Shown: piece after piece, positions 39,011 to 40,080 of the stretch
Position numbering within the stretch: position 1 is the stretch's first letter
How the letters are laid out: each line of letters opens with the position of its first letter
Assembly: GCA_002725915.1 (NCBI GenBank)
Contig: PBRM01000137.1
Coordinates: forward strand, 1 to 40,080
Source of the DNA: Gemmatimonadota bacterium
GTDB taxonomy: Bacteria > Latescibacterota > UBA2968 > UBA8231
DNA length: 40,080 nucleotides
Direction of reading: 5' to 3'
Notes under the pieces: generated by a model
Seen by the model: only the letters and a program-made list of their open reading frames with translations
The model's database searches: none
What the model was told of the DNA's origin: nothing
Position numbers and translations under genes: made by a program

Positions 39011-40080
39011 GTGAGCAGCAGAGCGGGGATGGCGTTTGCGCTGTTGTGCACCTGCGCTTGCGGTCCATCCATAGATGACAGTGTGCGGAAGTTGGGAGCG
39101 GCCTCGGAAGAGGAGCGCGAGACGGGAAGGCAGGAACTTCTGCTGGCCAAGGACCAGGCTGTGGCTCCTCTGCTGGAGGCCCTGGAGAATCCCCATTTTG
39201 CCGCCGGCCGGCCGCAACTGGCCGAGGTTCTGGTCGGTCTGCAGTCACGTGTCGACGACCCTCGCATCGAGTCCGCGCTGCTGGCCCACCTCGGGACAGA
39301 TCCAGATCCAAGGGTAAAGGCACGTATCGCCCACAAGCTCGGCCTCTTTCGGCGCACCGGCGGCATCGAGGCGCTGTTTGGAGCGCTCGACGATGCCGCC
39401 GGCGAGGTTCGCTACCAGTCGATCTGGGCCCTGGGTCAGATGGCGGACCAACTCAGTCCGGAGCAGGTGGAGAGGCTACAGGAGCATTCCCGTCGCCTGG
39501 CCACGGACGCAAACAGGAGCGCCAAACGCGAGGCGACGATCCGGGTGGAGAGTTTCGTCGACGCCTGGATTCAGGAAGCTCGCAGGCTGTCAATTCGGGG
39601 GCAGTTGGCAGAGGCGGAGTCACTGTTTGCGCTGGCGCTCGCCTACAGTCCCAGCTCCAAGCGAGCCAACTACCGTATGGCGCGTTTCTACTTCGACAAA
39701 CTCAGTCAGGAGAAGGGGCTGCAGCTCCTGCGCCAGCACGGCATGGTGCTGGATGCGCCGCGGCTGTCTGAGGTGCCGGTGATCGACGGTCGCCTGGAGG
39801 AGCCGCTGTGGCAGCAGGCCGCTTGTGCCGATACCTTTTTCCAGTACAGCAGCCAACACTTCGCCGCGGTGCCGTCGGACGTGGGCACGCGAATCTGCGT
39901 CGCTTACGGGGAAGAGGATCTGTACTTCGGATTCCTGGGCTACGACTCCGCGCCCGACAGTATTGTGGCGCGGATTTCTGCCCGGGACGACGCCCTCTGG
40001 CACGACGACATCCTCGAGATCTTCATCGATTCCGACTTCGATCACCGCAGCTACCTCCACGTCGGGATCAACAGCAGGGG
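39011..40080 (+). CDS. HEAT-repeat / TPR-like protein with C-terminal carbohydrate-binding family 9-like domain (3' end outside the window, not in the ORF track)
   Basis: Manual translation is open from 39011 to the window end. It shows a possible lipoprotein leader (MAFALLCTCACG) and HEAT-like repeats (DPDPRVKARIAHKLG, EVRYQSIWALGQM). A CBM9-like pattern follows (VIDGRLEEPLWQQA...EDLYFGF...DDILEIFIDSD). The start could be GTG 39011 or ATG 39029. Confidence 0.65.
   Translation, partial: MSSRAGMAFALLCTCACGPSIDDSVRKLGAASEEERETGRQELLLAKDQAVAPLLEALENPHFAAGRPQLAEVLVGLQSRVDDPRIESALLAHLGTDPDPRVKARIAHKLGLFRRTGGIEALFGALDDAAGEVRYQSIWALGQMADQLSPEQVERLQEHSRRLATDANRSAKREATIRVESFVDAWIQEARRLSIRGQLAEAESLFALALAYSPSSKRANYRMARFYFDKLSQEKGLQLLRQHGMVLDAPRLSEVPVIDGRLEEPLWQQAACADTFFQYSSQHFAAVPSDVGTRICVAYGEEDLYFGFLGYDSAPDSIVARISARDDALWHDDILEIFIDSDFDHRSYLHVGINSR

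Overview
High-GC (~60-65%) bacterial chromosome segment spanning the replication origin. It is mostly housekeeping. The minus-strand block is sucDC, rpmA-rplU, RNase G, an S41 protease, tmk, a CDP-alcohol phosphatidyltransferase, rsmG, mnmE, yidC, yidD, rnpA and rpmH. The plus-strand block is dnaA, oriC, dnaN, recF, a DUF721/DciA-like gene, gyrB and gyrA. These are followed by three tRNAs (Ser-UGA, Ser-GCU, Gln-CUG). Next comes an accessory-looking glycan locus: two ABC permeases, a lipoprotein solute-binding protein, a GH116 glycosidase and a Cys-type sulfatase. After that lie about 1 kb of decayed sequence with an oxidoreductase pseudogene fragment, a DHDPS-family aldolase, aspartate kinase, and a 3'-truncated HEAT/CBM9-like gene. 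I found no defence island, CRISPR array, transposase or other clear novel multi-gene system. The signals most worth a second look are non-coding. (1) Three parS sites sit in a gene-free 467-bp spacer between rsmG and mnmE, with no parAB in the window. (2) A second cluster of perfect DnaA boxes with an AT-rich patch lies 7 kb from oriC and shares a 13-mer with it. (3) oriC contains a pair of ~33-bp direct repeats. (4) An 848-bp gene-free spacer carries a tandem 26-mer. All calls rest on reading the sequence and ORF translations and recognising motifs. No searches were run.
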